This document shows, in pieces, positions 63,315 to 64,000 of a stretch of DNA of 64,000 nucleotides. Origin of the DNA: Eledone cirrhosa (Eukaryota); contig OZ024740.1 of assembly GCA_964016885.1 (NCBI GenBank), positions 221,278,001 to 221,342,000 on the forward strand, in the 5' to 3' direction. The position numbers and the translations under genes are program-made. The notes under the pieces are model-generated. The model made no database searches. It had not been told where the DNA came from and worked only from the letters and a program-made list of their open reading frames with translations. The number at the start of each line of letters is the position of its first letter. Position 1 is the first letter of the stretch.

Positions 63315-64000
63315 TCACGGAGGTTTGAATCTTATGAATTTAGTGGCTATTCTATGTCTGCAGAAGATAGATCTTTCTAACTTATTGTTAAGTAGCCTTT
63401 TAACATTTCTAAGGATATACAATAGCTTAAGATCACATAGCCCGCAATGGGACATCCCTGTACTATAGGTTTTAGCAGCCGACAACTTCGACCAGTTGAT
63501 ACTGTAGTTAGTGTTGCTGTCCTTCAATTCCCATATTTTTTTGGCGAGGGTTGTGGAACCCATAAGTGCACGGTTTTTCATTGAGTGCCTGTGCACATAC
63601 CATCTTTTCTTAAAAGAACCCGCGGTGGATCCTATGTAATGTACACCAGGCTCGAATCGAGACATCTGTTCGCCAATGGGCACCTATCTGGGAGGTGACA
63701 GTTACAGTTTGAGGCGCTATTTTGTGCAGCTTTTACATTCCTGTTTAGTACTCTGTTATAAGTGGGTTGTGATATATGCCCAATGGGGTTTTGCTGCTGC
63801 GCGTTTGTATGCGCTTGTGGTTGTGATGTTGTGATGAGTTTGTGCTTATGTATAGGTGCAATTGATTTACTAGAGATATTTCTGTGGTTGATCTTGCGTA
63901 TGTGTGATTCTATGTTAGCTGCTGTTGAGAATGAGAGTTTTATAGTAGATCTATTGAGTATTTTGTGATATCTATGCGAGATAGGGAAGTGTTTATCTAT
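63315..64000 (-). pseudogene. Penelope-like element (Neptune-type) C-terminus: linker, Cys4 finger, GIY-YIG endonuclease; runs off the window end
   Basis: IDKHFPISHRYHKILNRSTIKLSFS...CNCHLPDRCPLANRC then a frameshifting deletion of the GIY half, then HYIGSTAGSFKKRWYVHRHS..STTLAKKIWELKD..CGLCDLKLLYI..LLNNKLE..FCRH. Confidence 0.88.

Overview
Repeat-saturated, AT-rich eukaryotic (metazoan) DNA. The tRNA-derived SINE families and microsatellite load suggest an octopus/coleoid genome (inference). No host protein-coding gene is securely identifiable; there is one weak Gly-rich terminal-exon candidate near 48.6 kb. 0.5-26 kb is a nest of microsatellite-embedded non-LTR retrotransposons: an RTE 3' fragment, a decayed R4/Dong-clade (RT + restriction-like endonuclease) element in (CATA)n, an internally deleted L1/Tx1 element, and two (TAA)n-embedded R4/Dong families, one with four head-to-tail copies, two of which keep intact ~1130-aa ORFs. 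The whole (TAA)n nest lies between the two arms of a short palindrome. 27-64 kb holds many short non-coding units, mostly set in (TA)n and built as a partial tandem repeat plus an inverted copy. I could hand-fold minimal type-I hammerhead ribozyme motifs in about ten apparently unrelated families of these units, including recurrent CCGANGA/CAGAAGA core variants and long stem-II insertions. Two Penelope-like (Neptune-type) linker/GIY-YIG remnants lie nearby. This hammerhead/fold-back population (Penelope pLTR remnants or retrozyme-like non-autonomous elements) is the most notable system in the window. Also present: many SINEs with long TSDs, hAT and mariner-like MITEs, and 59-bp and 16-bp minisatellites. 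Coordinates were read by eye and may be off by a few bases.
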